From Hyalangium minutum (GTDB taxonomy: Bacteria > Myxococcota > Myxococcia > Myxococcales > Myxococcaceae): 248,000 nucleotides of DNA. The stretch is from NCBI RefSeq assembly GCF_000737315.1, contig NZ_JMCB01000003.1, positions 20,001 through 268,000 of the forward strand, given 5' to 3'. How positions within the stretch are numbered: position 1 is the first letter of the stretch; the number at the start of each line of letters is the position of its first letter. Positions 11,884 through 21,364 of this stretch are shown here, piece after piece. The notes beneath the pieces were generated by a model. It made no database searches. It was not told the origin of the DNA and saw only the letters and a program-made list of their open reading frames with translations. The position numbers and the translations under genes were made by a program.

Positions 11884-13857
11884 ATGAGCCTCCTCATCGC
11901 CCAGGATGTCTGCCTCTCCTACGGGAAGAAGGTCCTCTTCGACGACGCCAGCTTCACGATCGGCCCCCGGGATCGGGTAGGCCTGGTGGGAGCGAACGGG
12001 ACGGGCAAGAGCTCGTTGATGAAGATCATCGCGGGCGCGCAGCACGCGGACTCGGGAACGCTGACGTTCGCCCGAGGGACGCGCATCGGCTACCTGCCGC
12101 AGGAACTGGCGGGGCTTCCCTCCGGGACGGTGGTGGAGGCGGTGCTGAGCACCGTGCCGGGCCGCGACTCGCTGGAGGCCCGGCTGAAGAGCACCGAGAA
12201 GGCGCTCGCTGAGGCCCCGGACGAGGAGACCCAGCTGGAGCTGTCCCAGGAACTGGCGGACCTGCACGCGGAGCTGGATCACTTCGAGGACCACTACGGC
12301 CGGCACCACGCCGAGCGGATCCTCAAGGGCCTGGGCTTCCGGGACGCGGACTTGGCCAAGCCCACGGGGGCGCTGTCGGGCGGGTGGCGGATGCGCGCGG
12401 CGCTGGCGGGGTTGCTGCTCCAGGATCCGGACCTGCTGCTGCTGGACGAGCCCACCAACCACCTGGATGTGCCCACGCTGACGTGGTTCGACGGCTTCCT
12501 GAAGCGGTCGAACAAGGCGCTGATCCTCATTTCGCACGATCGGGACTTCCTGAATCGGCAGGTGGGGAGGGTGCTGGCGCTGGAGATCGAGGGCCTGCGC
12601 ACGTACGTGGGCAACTACGACGCCTACAAGCGCCAGCGGGCCGAGGAGATGGAGCTGCTGCGGGCTCGGGCGGCGAAGGTGGAGGCTCGGCGGGCGGAGC
12701 TGCAGGCGTTCATCGATCGGTTCGGCGCGAAGGCGAGCAAGGCCACGCAGGCGCAGAGCCGCGCGAAGATGCTGGCGAAGCTGGAGGAGGTGCACCTGCT
12801 GGAGGAGCGCGACACGGTGCACTTCCGGTTCCCGGAGGTGGAGCGCTCGGGGCGGGACGTGGCGATGCTGGAGGGGATCCAGAAGAGCTACGGCAGCCAC
12901 GTGGTGTACTCGGGGCTGGACGCGCGGGTGGAGCGGGGGCAGCGGATCGCGGTGATTGGCGCGAACGGCGCCGGTAAGACGACGCTGCTGAAGATCATGG
13001 CGGGGGAGCTGGTGCCGGACGGGGGCCAGGTGAAGCTGGGACACAACGTGGTGATGGGGTACTACGCGCAGCACCACGCGGACACGCTGGACAAGCGGAA
13101 CACCATCATTGAAGAGGTGCGGCCGCTGGCGGCGGACAAGCCGGAGAGCTTCGTGCGCGGGGTCCTGGGAGCGTTCCTGTTCTCGGGCGATGACGTGGAC
13201 AAGCCGATTGGCGTGCTGTCCGGAGGCGAGCGGGCGCGCGTGGCGCTGGCGAAGCTGTTGCTGCGGCCGTCGAACTTCCTGCTGATGGACGAGCCGACGA
13301 ACCACCTGGACCTGGACTCGACGGAGATGCTGATCGATGCGCTGTCGAAGTACGGGGGGACGCTGGTGTTCGTGTCGCACAACCGGGCGTTCGTGAACCG
13401 GCTGGCGAGCCAGGTGTGGGACGTGGTGGAGGGGAAGGTGGTGCCGCACACGGGGAACCTGGACGAGTACCTGTACCACCAGGAGCAGGTGCGGCTGGCG
13501 GCGGAGGCTGCGGCGGAGGCCGGGGAGAAGGGGAAGGGGACGGAGAAGGCGGCTCCGGTGGCGCTGACGGAGAAGGACCGCAAGCGGATGGAGGCGGAGG
13601 CGCGCCAGCGCCGGAGCGTGGTGGAGGGGCCGATCAAGAAGGAGATCGCCCGGATCGAGGAGCGGATCTCGAAGCTGGAGGCGGAGCAGAAGGAGCGCGA
13701 GGCGCAGCTGGCGGATCCGGCGCTCTACAACGACTTCGCGCGGGCCAAGCCGCTGATGGACACCCACCGGGCGGGCAAGGAGGCGCTGGAGACGCTCTAT
13801 ATGGAGTGGGAGGTGGCGCAGGAGAAGCTGGCCGCGGCCTCCGCGTCCCTGGGATGA
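11884..13857 (+). CDS. ABC-F family ATPase
   Basis: two Walker A (GANGTGKS, GANGAGKT), LSGG signatures, DEPTNHLD twice, no TM. Confidence 0.9.
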   Translation: MSLLIAQDVCLSYGKKVLFDDASFTIGPRDRVGLVGANGTGKSSLMKIIAGAQHADSGTLTFARGTRIGYLPQELAGLPSGTVVEAVLSTVPGRDSLEARLKSTEKALAEAPDEETQLELSQELADLHAELDHFEDHYGRHHAERILKGLGFRDADLAKPTGALSGGWRMRAALAGLLLQDPDLLLLDEPTNHLDVPTLTWFDGFLKRSNKALILISHDRDFLNRQVGRVLALEIEGLRTYVGNYDAYKRQRAEEMELLRARAAKVEARRAELQAFIDRFGAKASKATQAQSRAKMLAKLEEVHLLEERDTVHFRFPEVERSGRDVAMLEGIQKSYGSHVVYSGLDARVERGQRIAVIGANGAGKTTLLKIMAGELVPDGGQVKLGHNVVMGYYAQHHADTLDKRNTIIEEVRPLAADKPESFVRGVLGAFLFSGDDVDKPIGVLSGGERARVALAKLLLRPSNFLLMDEPTNHLDLDSTEMLIDALSKYGGTLVFVSHNRAFVNRLASQVWDVVEGKVVPHTGNLDEYLYHQEQVRLAAEAAAEAGEKGKGTEKAAPVALTEKDRKRMEAEARQRRSVVEGPIKKEIARIEERISKLEAEQKEREAQLADPALYNDFARAKPLMDTHRAGKEALETLYMEWEVAQEKLAAASASLG

Positions 13858-13878
13858 AGTGCTGACAGGCCCGCGCCC

Positions 13879-14361
13879 ATGAGCCTTCCTCCCGCAGCCG
13901 TCCCCGTCTCTGTCTCCAAGCGGATGGCCGTCGAGTTCATTGGGACGGCGCTGCTGCTGGCGACGATCGTGGGGTCCCGCCTCGTGGGGGAGCGGCTCTC
14001 GGGCGGCATGGTGGGCATCACGTACCTGGTGAACACCCTGGCGACCGCCTCGGTGATCGGCATGCCCGTCTTCTCCTGGCCCAACCCACCGAGAGCCACG
14101 CTCACGGAGATCACCGGTGAACTCCTGGAACGGCATGCCGTCGTTCCGCTCCCAGAGGCGCTGGACGATGCCGATCTGTTCATCACGCTGGGCTCTGCGC
14201 GCGACTGGCAGGCGCTGGTTGACGTCGTCCATGTCCATTGGGAGCTCCCGGCGTTGGCGGGGCTTGAGTCGGCGCGGTCTCATCAGGTGGTGGAGGAAGT
14301 CCGGGTGCGCGTGAAGCAGTTGCTGAGGGAGCTGGGGGTGGAGCGGCTGCGCGGCGTATAG
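13879..14361 (+). pseudogene. chimeric relic: MIP/aquaporin N-terminus joined to ArsC/LMW-PTP-like C-terminal fragment
   Basis: VEFIGTALLLATIVGS..GERLSGG..NTLAT then DADLFITLG..HWEL..EVRVRVKQLL; both halves incomplete. Confidence 0.5.
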
Positions 14362-14432
14362 AGGCGTACACGCAGTCCGCGAACGGGGGTGGCCCCATTG
14401 AGCGAGCCGCCAATCGGTGCGATAGCAAGCGG

Positions 14433-15113
14433 ATGCTCTCGCACTTCGAGATGTTGGGACGGATCGCGGCGGGTGCGCTCCTGGGAGGCGCCATCGGGTA
14501 TGAGCGGGACCGGCATCGGCGGCCGGTAGGGCTGCGCACGCACCTGCTCGTGTCGATGACCTCGGCGACCTTCATGGTCGTCTCCTCCCAGTTCGCTTAT
14601 TTCCAGGGCTTCGAGCCTGGAGGCGGGGTGGAGGTTGACGCGTCCCGCATCGCGGCCTCGGTGGTGTCGGGCATCGGCTTCCTGGCGGGAGGTGCCATCC
14701 TGCGCACGGGGGCGACGGTGCAGGGGCTGACCACGGCTGCGGGATTGTGGCTGGTGACGGCGATCGGGCTGTCGGCGGGCTCGGGGATGTACTGGGAGGC
14801 CAGCTTCGTGACGGTGCTGGGGCTGATCGCGCTCACGTTCCTTCGCCGCTTCGAGGACAAGGACGATGCCCTGGTGCGGCGTCGGCTTGCCCTGGTGGTC
14901 TCGCCAGGGACGGGGATCCATCAAGTCACGGCGCTACTTCAGGGCCTCGATGTGCGCGTGTTGGACATCGAGTACGAGCGCCATTTCTCGGGGGAGCGGC
15001 ACACCACGGTGACTCTGGACGCGCAGATTCCGGCCTCGGTCACACCGGACAAGCTGGTCGAGGGGCTGGAGCAGGCCGAGGGCATCATCTCCATTCATGT
15101 CCGCGGTGCGTGA
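14433..15113 (+). CDS. MgtC/SapB family membrane protein
   Basis: GLRTHLLV, SRIAASVVSGIGFLAGG, GLTTAAGLW. Confidence 0.9.
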   Translation: MLSHFEMLGRIAAGALLGGAIGYERDRHRRPVGLRTHLLVSMTSATFMVVSSQFAYFQGFEPGGGVEVDASRIAASVVSGIGFLAGGAILRTGATVQGLTTAAGLWLVTAIGLSAGSGMYWEASFVTVLGLIALTFLRRFEDKDDALVRRRLALVVSPGTGIHQVTALLQGLDVRVLDIEYERHFSGERHTTVTLDAQIPASVTPDKLVEGLEQAEGIISIHVRGA

Positions 15114-15149
15114 CGGACAGGCTCACAAGTCCCCGGATAGCAGCCTCAC

Positions 15150-15908
15150 TCAGCCCGGAGTCACGCGCCCGCCAATCTCCGGGAAGCGCTCATACGCGCG
15201 CAAGAGCGCCTCCAGGTGCGCGGGGTTGTCGAGGTCGAGCGGCGTCTCCGTAAGCCGAACGACCCACCCGCCCGTTGCAGTGCGCCGCGCCCGAGAGAGC
15301 AAATCCGCATCGCGGGCAGGGTCGGGGAACCCGATGGCTTGTGCAGCGGCTGCCGACCAGTAGTTCAGCCACCCGAGGTGATGAGGAATCGCTGGCAAGC
15401 GAATGTGCTGGGGGAGGTTGAGCGCTGGGAGCCTCCGGGGCGGGACATGCGGCTGATCCATCGAGTGGCGAATTTGTTTCGCCATCTCCGGCGCCACGCC
15501 GTCCGGCAACATGCGCCCCCAGAACGCGCGTGCGCCTTCCGCCACGCCTTCCAGCACATCCGCCGCCGCTGCGATGCTGGCCGCATCCAGCGGCAGCTCT
15601 GCGTGGACTTCAAATTGGGACTGGCCGCCCGCGCTGAGGCGCGCAGGTCTTCCCCACCCCGTCACCGTCACGGGGTAGCTCTCGTCGCCGTTGCACAGCA
15701 GAGGGAGCTTCCCGCGCGCGCTCGCCTCAGCGAGCCACCCATCGCGTTGCGGCAACGCGATGGGTCGCCCCGCCTTTGACAGCTCCCATTCCAAGCGCAC
15801 ACCGGGGAGCGCCCGTTCGATTCCGTGGACGACTGCGAGCGTGCGACCGTCGTCGCCCACAAGCGCAGGCGCGTAGACGATGAGGATCAGGGTTCTCTGC
15901 TGGGTCAT
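15150..15908 (-). CDS. DUF5953-like protein (putative immunity)
   Basis: VYAPAL..LGWLNYWS..IGFPDPARD; paralog of 179584-180345; overlaps upstream toxin-like gene. Confidence 0.7.
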   Translation of the reverse strand: MTQQRTLILIVYAPALVGDDGRTLAVVHGIERALPGVRLEWELSKAGRPIALPQRDGWLAEASARGKLPLLCNGDESYPVTVTGWGRPARLSAGGQSQFEVHAELPLDAASIAAAADVLEGVAEGARAFWGRMLPDGVAPEMAKQIRHSMDQPHVPPRRLPALNLPQHIRLPAIPHHLGWLNYWSAAAAQAIGFPDPARDADLLSRARRTATGGWVVRLTETPLDLDNPAHLEALLRAYERFPEIGGRVTPG

Positions 15909-16618
15909 CGCTTGCACCCCGTGACGACAATGTTGAGGGTGAAATCCCGCTCGAGCAACGCGTTCTTGTGCTCTTGGGTGCTCACCCCAACGACAAAGCC
16001 ATAGCCACATGCCTCCGCTTTGTCTCGCTCTTCCTGCAACAACGGCACTTGCTCCAGAATCGTCTGCCGCCGGATGAAGGCGTTGTACGTGTCAAATCGA
16101 TGGGTCTTGATCTCCCACAGCACACGCACGCCGACTTGCAGCGCATCAAAGCGCTTGCCGTCAACGAGTACGTCATTGCCGGGGTAGCGGTTCGGCGGGA
16201 ACTGATCGGCGCACTGGTTATGCGGGTCATCTTCGCCCGCGTGCGGCACTGGGATGGGCTCGCACTCTGGGCGGCGGCGCTCCGCCGTCACCGGGGCAGG
16301 CGGGTCCCTCCTGTTCGCACTGGACCTCTTTGGTGTGGCGTTCGCCTCCGGTTCCTGCGAGGCCCGAGGCGCGTCTCCGGCCCAAAGTCCCGGCTCCCGG
16401 GTGGGCGGCAACACGCGTTTGTGCGGGCTCGGTGGCAGGGGCTGGGGGCGAACCTGCCCTGGCTGCCCGGGGGTGGGCAGGCCCGTGCCGGGCACGGCGG
16501 GTGGGCGCACAGGCGCCCAAGCGTAGGTCTCAGGCGCCTCTTGAGAGGTGGCGCACCCAGCGACGACGACGGCAACGGCAATGGCTTGGCGGAGTGGGCT
16601 GCAAGTTCGGAAGCTCAT
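15905..16618 (-). CDS. DUF6310-like lipoprotein with restriction-endonuclease-fold toxin domain
   Basis: lipobox VVAGC; KRFDALQ..LWEIKT PD-(D/E)xK-like motif. Confidence 0.7.
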   Translation of the reverse strand: MSFRTCSPLRQAIAVAVVVAGCATSQEAPETYAWAPVRPPAVPGTGLPTPGQPGQVRPQPLPPSPHKRVLPPTREPGLWAGDAPRASQEPEANATPKRSSANRRDPPAPVTAERRRPECEPIPVPHAGEDDPHNQCADQFPPNRYPGNDVLVDGKRFDALQVGVRVLWEIKTHRFDTYNAFIRRQTILEQVPLLQEERDKAEACGYGFVVGVSTQEHKNALLERDFTLNIVVTGCKR

Positions 16619-16659
16619 TCCACGTTCTTTTATCGAAGAGGGGCGGTGCGGGAACGAGG

Positions 16660-18129
16660 TCAGGGTTCTCCGGACGTGGGTGAACGTGGCGCATCGAACG
16701 TCGCGCGGATGCACTTGCCGTCGTACTCGTAAGCACCCGCACCGCAGGGCGGGTCCTTCTTCGAGATGAACCAGCAGGCCCCCAGGGCCTCGAGTTCATA
16801 GTCAGTATCGCAGGGCGGCTTCTTCTGCCCCGGCTGCGGAGCTTTGGGCATCGGAAGCCCCACCACGGAAGTCGCAGAAAGCACTGGAGGCGCTTGCACC
16901 ACCGACAAGAGGGCCTCCTCCCCCACGCCCGCGTCCGGTGCATCCATCGGCGGCACGTGATGCTCCTCCGTAATGGGAAGAGGCACAGGCTCCGGTGAGT
17001 TTCCGCCATGCCGGAACTCCGTCACTGCGAACACCAAGAGCCCGCCTGCCACGCTCGCAGTGGCCCATGAGAGCCAGAGCGGAAAGGTGTTGCGGAGGGC
17101 AGGGCGTTCGCGCTCCGTCGAGGGCCGTGCACTGCCCCTCTTTCTGGAGTGATTCGAAGGCGTGAGCTTGCGAGGAACCTCGTGCTCCGTGGGGACGGCT
17201 GCCGAAGTCTGGACAATGAGGGCATCCACCCGCCGGTCTGTTTGGTTTGCGGCCCGTTCCAGCGCCCGGACGATCTGCGCAGTGGTGCCGCGGTCCCGCG
17301 GATCCTCCGCCAGCAGGCGGAGAATGGTGCCCTCCAACTCCGGCGCGACTGCCGCGAACTCGCTGGGGCGCAGCAGCTTGCGTGGCTCCTCGGCGCGAGT
17401 CTCGGAGACAGGAGGAGGATAGCTTCCGGTCACCAGCCGGTACGCCGTCACCCCCAAGGCATACAGGTCATCTGAAGGGCGCGCTTCCCACCGGGCCTCG
17501 AGATCCTTGCGGTACTTCCACATGAAGCGCAGCAGTTCAGGCGCGCGGTAGGGCGTGGTGCCCGGCGGCACGAGGGTGTCGGTGAGGGCCCGAGCCTCCG
17601 GGAACCACGCTGCGCCGAAGTCAAGCAGCACCGCCCGCCCCTCTGGGGTGACGCGGATGTTGTCGCCTTTGACATCCCGGTGGATCACCCCTCGGGCATG
17701 CAGGGCCTCCAGGGCGCGGGCCACCGGCGCCAGCACCCGCAGCACCTCCCGGTTGGAGCGCGGCTTCTGGCGGAACCACTCGTAGAGGGTGGTGCCATCC
17801 ACCCACTCCATCACGATAAACGGGTAGCTATGGCCATCCGGTGAGGTCCAGCTCCCGAGCTCGTAGAAGCGCGGAACACTGGGGTGCTGAATCAGCTGGA
17901 GGATGTGCGCCTCTCGCTCGAAGCGCGGGTCGTCTGCCTGTTTGGCCACCTTCAGGGCCACGGGAGGAGCCGAGGGATCATCGGCTCGCCGGGCCCGGAA
18001 CACCACGCCATAGCTCCCGGAGTCGACGCGCTGCAGGAGGAGCCACGGGCCCAGGGTCGAACCCGCCGCCAGCACCTGGGACTTCACGAGGCCCACCACG
18101 TCATCACTCAAGAGAACTCCTCCAGCCAA
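16660..18129 (-). CDS. Ser/Thr protein kinase (myxobacterial accessory class)
   Basis: GSYGVV, HRDVKGDN, DFG, GTTPYRAPE; start uncertain. Confidence 0.85.
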   Translation of the reverse strand: MAGGVLLSDDVVGLVKSQVLAAGSTLGPWLLLQRVDSGSYGVVFRARRADDPSAPPVALKVAKQADDPRFEREAHILQLIQHPSVPRFYELGSWTSPDGHSYPFIVMEWVDGTTLYEWFRQKPRSNREVLRVLAPVARALEALHARGVIHRDVKGDNIRVTPEGRAVLLDFGAAWFPEARALTDTLVPPGTTPYRAPELLRFMWKYRKDLEARWEARPSDDLYALGVTAYRLVTGSYPPPVSETRAEEPRKLLRPSEFAAVAPELEGTILRLLAEDPRDRGTTAQIVRALERAANQTDRRVDALIVQTSAAVPTEHEVPRKLTPSNHSRKRGSARPSTERERPALRNTFPLWLSWATASVAGGLLVFAVTEFRHGGNSPEPVPLPITEEHHVPPMDAPDAGVGEEALLSVVQAPPVLSATSVVGLPMPKAPQPGQKKPPCDTDYELEALGACWFISKKDPPCGAGAYEYDGKCIRATFDAPRSPTSGEP

Positions 18130-18266
18130 GGCAGAGCGCCGGAAGGAAACCTACCGCATGGGTCTTATGACATAAACCCACTCTGTTGGGTTGAGGCAGG
18201 AGGAGGACTCCGTCGGTCCTTCACTCCGGTGAAGGCGCCTCGCAGGGCTGGTAGGCTGGGGCCGAC

Positions 18267-18623
18267 ATGTCCACGGACTCCGCCACCCAGCCTGCCGAGC
18301 TCACCCCCCGCCAGACGTTCGCCGGCGTCGTTCAACACTCCGCCAGCTTCGTGGCCATCATCGGCATCAGCGTGCTCTTCCTCCCGTGGTTCTCGGGAGT
18401 CTGGGCCCTCGGCGCGAGGATCGGCTTCTGGGGGTCGGTGGCCCTCACCGTGCTCGAATGCATCCACGTCGGCGTGTCAGCCCTCGCGACCGTTACGCTC
18501 AACGCCGCCGGCAAGCCGCGGCCGGGCGAGAGATGGATGGTGGCCTCCAACGCCGTGCAGATCGCAGGAGCGGCCGCAGGCATCGCCCTGGTCCTCTTCC
18601 TGCGCTCCAAGCTCTGGAGCTGA
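18267..18623 (+). CDS. hypothetical membrane protein
   Basis: hydrophobic 118-aa ORF filling the gap. Confidence 0.5.
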   Translation: MSTDSATQPAELTPRQTFAGVVQHSASFVAIIGISVLFLPWFSGVWALGARIGFWGSVALTVLECIHVGVSALATVTLNAAGKPRPGERWMVASNAVQIAGAAAGIALVLFLRSKLWS

Positions 18624-18631
18624 GAGCGCCC

Positions 18632-18928
18632 TCAACCCGTTTTGCGATGAGAGGCGCTCCGCAGGGGAGGGGACTCCGCCGCCGCCCGGGGCTCTGGCGG
18701 CTCCCGGCGCACCGGGGGCTGAGGCTCCGGCGCCGCCACCACCGACAGCGCCGGTTCCTGCGGCGGGTGGAGGAAGAAGCGCACCACGCGATCGAGGTAC
18801 TCCTCGACGGAGAGCCCTAGCTTCTTGGCGAGCTCGACGGTGTTGCCATCCACGAGCACTTTGCGCGACGGCGTCCCGGGTTTCGGGGCGGCCTGCGGAG
18901 CTTGAGGCTTCTGGGATTGCATGGGCAT
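18632..18928 (-). CDS. hypothetical protein
   Basis: short ORF co-oriented with cheB genes. Confidence 0.4.
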   Translation of the reverse strand: MPMQSQKPQAPQAAPKPGTPSRKVLVDGNTVELAKKLGLSVEEYLDRVVRFFLHPPQEPALSVVAAPEPQPPVRREPPEPRAAAESPPLRSASHRKTG

Positions 18929-19020
18929 TCCTCTGTCAGGTGATTGACATAGGAATGCAGCAAGCCATGAAGATGGGCTGTACTACTTTCGGGGTACGAC
19001 TCTGCGGCCGCCTGCTCCTT

Positions 19021-20070
19021 TCAGCTTCGATGCACGGGCAGCGTAGGAGGTATCGCCCCCGAGAGCGCTCGCATCGCCGAGGCCAGGGCTTCCACCGTGA
19101 CCGTGGACTCCGCGGCGCCCAGGCGCAGCGCCGCCTGGGGCATGTGAGGGGCGACGCAGCTCTCCGGGGGCTGCACGAACGTGAGCCCGCCCGCCCGGCG
19201 GATGGCCAGCAGCCCCGCCGCTCCATCCGAGCCCGTGCCCGTCAGCACCGCCCCCGCCGCCCGGTTGCCATGCGCCCGCGCCAGCGAGGTCAGCAGTGCG
19301 TCTCCCATCGCCAACTGCCGCCCGTGGATCAGCTCCACCTGCAGCTCCCCCGTCGGGAGCACCTGCAGCTGGTGCCCGTCCGGTGGCAGGTAGACGTGGC
19401 CCGCCTCGGGCTTCGTGCCCGTGCGCGCCACTTGCAGCTCCAGCGCCGAAGCCGCGCTCAGCCACTGGCGCAGCCCCGAGGTGAAGCCCACCGACACGTG
19501 CTGGGCGATGAAGAGCGGGTAGGGGAGGCTCGGCGGCAGCAGGGACAGCAACATCGCCAGCGCCGGAGGCCCTCCCGTGGAGGCCACCAGCCCAAAGCCG
19601 TGCACCCGCCCGCTGCGCAGCACCGGCGGCGGTGTGGGGTGGCTCAGCCGCGGCTTGCGGCTCCCCAAGGGAACCTCCGCCATGGTCCGGATCGTGTGGA
19701 TCAACTGCTGGCCGAAGCTCGTCAGGCCCTCCCGGCCCGGCGTGGGCTTGGGCATCACCTCCAGGGCTCCGGCCTGCAGCGCCTTGAAGGACAGCTCCGC
19801 GTCCACCGCCCCGGAGATGACGAGGATGCGGCTGGGCGACTCGGCCATGATGCGCTCGGTGGCGTTGATGCCATCCATCCGCGGCATCCGGACATCCAGC
19901 GTGACGACGTCTGGGCGGAGCGCCTGCGCCATCGCCACGGCTTCCTTCCCATCGTTCGCGGTGCCCACCACTCGGATGTCCGGGGCCGCCGCCAGCAGTC
20001 CGGTGAACATCCGCAGGATCGTGGGCGAGTCGTCCGCGATGAGAACCTGGACTGGCCTATTCATGAGCAC
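19021..20070 (-). CDS. cheB: chemotaxis response regulator-methylesterase (copy 1)
   Basis: receiver DDS/LDVRMP; ASTGGP, QHV, LTGTGSDG. Confidence 0.85.
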   Translation of the reverse strand: MLMNRPVQVLIADDSPTILRMFTGLLAAAPDIRVVGTANDGKEAVAMAQALRPDVVTLDVRMPRMDGINATERIMAESPSRILVISGAVDAELSFKALQAGALEVMPKPTPGREGLTSFGQQLIHTIRTMAEVPLGSRKPRLSHPTPPPVLRSGRVHGFGLVASTGGPPALAMLLSLLPPSLPYPLFIAQHVSVGFTSGLRQWLSAASALELQVARTGTKPEAGHVYLPPDGHQLQVLPTGELQVELIHGRQLAMGDALLTSLARAHGNRAAGAVLTGTGSDGAAGLLAIRRAGGLTFVQPPESCVAPHMPQAALRLGAAESTVTVEALASAMRALSGAIPPTLPVHRS

Positions 20071-20234
20071 CTCGGAGGGCCGTCGAGAGCGCTGCGGAGG
20101 GTGAATGAATAGCCTGGATCCACATGGGCGTCCCCCCTACCCAAGTAGAACGATGATCAGGGTCTGGCCGTCGTGACTTCCGTGGCGAAGTGTGAACCGA
20201 CCACCACTTGAGCGAGGGCACCTGCCGCCGTGTT

Positions 20235-21287
20235 TCAGTTCCGAACCGCCGGAGTCACGGGCGCCGCGCCCGTGAACGAGCGCATGGCCGCGGCCAGGGC
20301 TTCGAGCGACAGCATCTGATCCGTGGCGCCGCTGCGCAGCGCGGCCTCGGGCATTCCCGGGACGACACAGCTCTCGGGGCTCTGCGCGAAGGTCCTCCCG
20401 CCCGCCTTGCGGATGGCCAGCAGCCCTGCCGCCCCATCCGAGCCCATGCCCGTGAGCACTGCCCCCGCCGCCCGGTCCCCATAGGCCAACGCCAGCGAGG
20501 ACAACAGCGTGTCTCCGAGTGAGGCCTTGCCAACGGGGATCGGCTCGACCTGCAGATCCCCCGCGAGTGTGACTTCGAATTGGTGCCCGTCCGGCGGCAG
20601 GTACACGTAGCCGGGCTGAGGCCGCACGCCCGTCTGCGCCACCTCGAGCTGCAGCGAGGACGCCGCGCCCAGCCACTGGCACAGGCCCGCGGTGAAGCCC
20701 ACCGACACGTGCTGGGCAATGAAGATCGGATACGGCAGCTGCGGAGGCAGCAGCGACAGCAGGTGGCAGAGCGCCGGAGGTCCTCCCGTGGAGGCCACCA
20801 GCCCAAACCCTGTCACCCGCCCGCCCTGGGGCGCGGGGGCCACCGGGCTCGGAGCCTGCGCGGGGGCCAGCGCCACCTGCCGCTGGCTCACCGGCAGCTC
20901 GGCCATGGTCCGGATGATGTGGATCAGCTTCACCCCGAAGTTGGCCAGCCCTTCCAGGTTGGGGCGCGGCTTGGGCATGACCTCCAGCGCCCCGGCCTGC
21001 AGCGCCTTGAAGGACATCTCCGCATCCACCGCCCCCGAGATGACGAGGATGCGGCTGGGGGCCTCGGTCATGATGCGCGAGCTGGCCTCGATGCCATCCA
21101 TCCGCGGCATCCGCACGTCCAGGGTGATGACGTCCGGCTGCAGCGTGCGTGCCAGCTCCAGGGCCTCGGCCCCATCCTTCGCCGTGCCCACCACTTGGAT
21201 GTCGGCCGCTGACGACAGCAGCGCCGCGTACATCTTCAACATGGTGGGCGAGTCGTCAGCGATGAGGACCCGGATGGTGGAGCTCAT
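20235..21287 (-). CDS. cheB: chemotaxis response regulator-methylesterase (copy 2)
   Basis: receiver; ASTGGP, QHV, LTGMGSDG. Confidence 0.9.
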   Translation of the reverse strand: MSSTIRVLIADDSPTMLKMYAALLSSAADIQVVGTAKDGAEALELARTLQPDVITLDVRMPRMDGIEASSRIMTEAPSRILVISGAVDAEMSFKALQAGALEVMPKPRPNLEGLANFGVKLIHIIRTMAELPVSQRQVALAPAQAPSPVAPAPQGGRVTGFGLVASTGGPPALCHLLSLLPPQLPYPIFIAQHVSVGFTAGLCQWLGAASSLQLEVAQTGVRPQPGYVYLPPDGHQFEVTLAGDLQVEPIPVGKASLGDTLLSSLALAYGDRAAGAVLTGMGSDGAAGLLAIRKAGGRTFAQSPESCVVPGMPEAALRSGATDQMLSLEALAAAMRSFTGAAPVTPAVRN

Positions 21288-21364
21288 GTGTGCACCTCGG
21301 AGGCAGGGGCGAGACTGCCCCAGAAACCGGATTCACGCCATGCACAGGTGAGCCCCGAAGCCCG

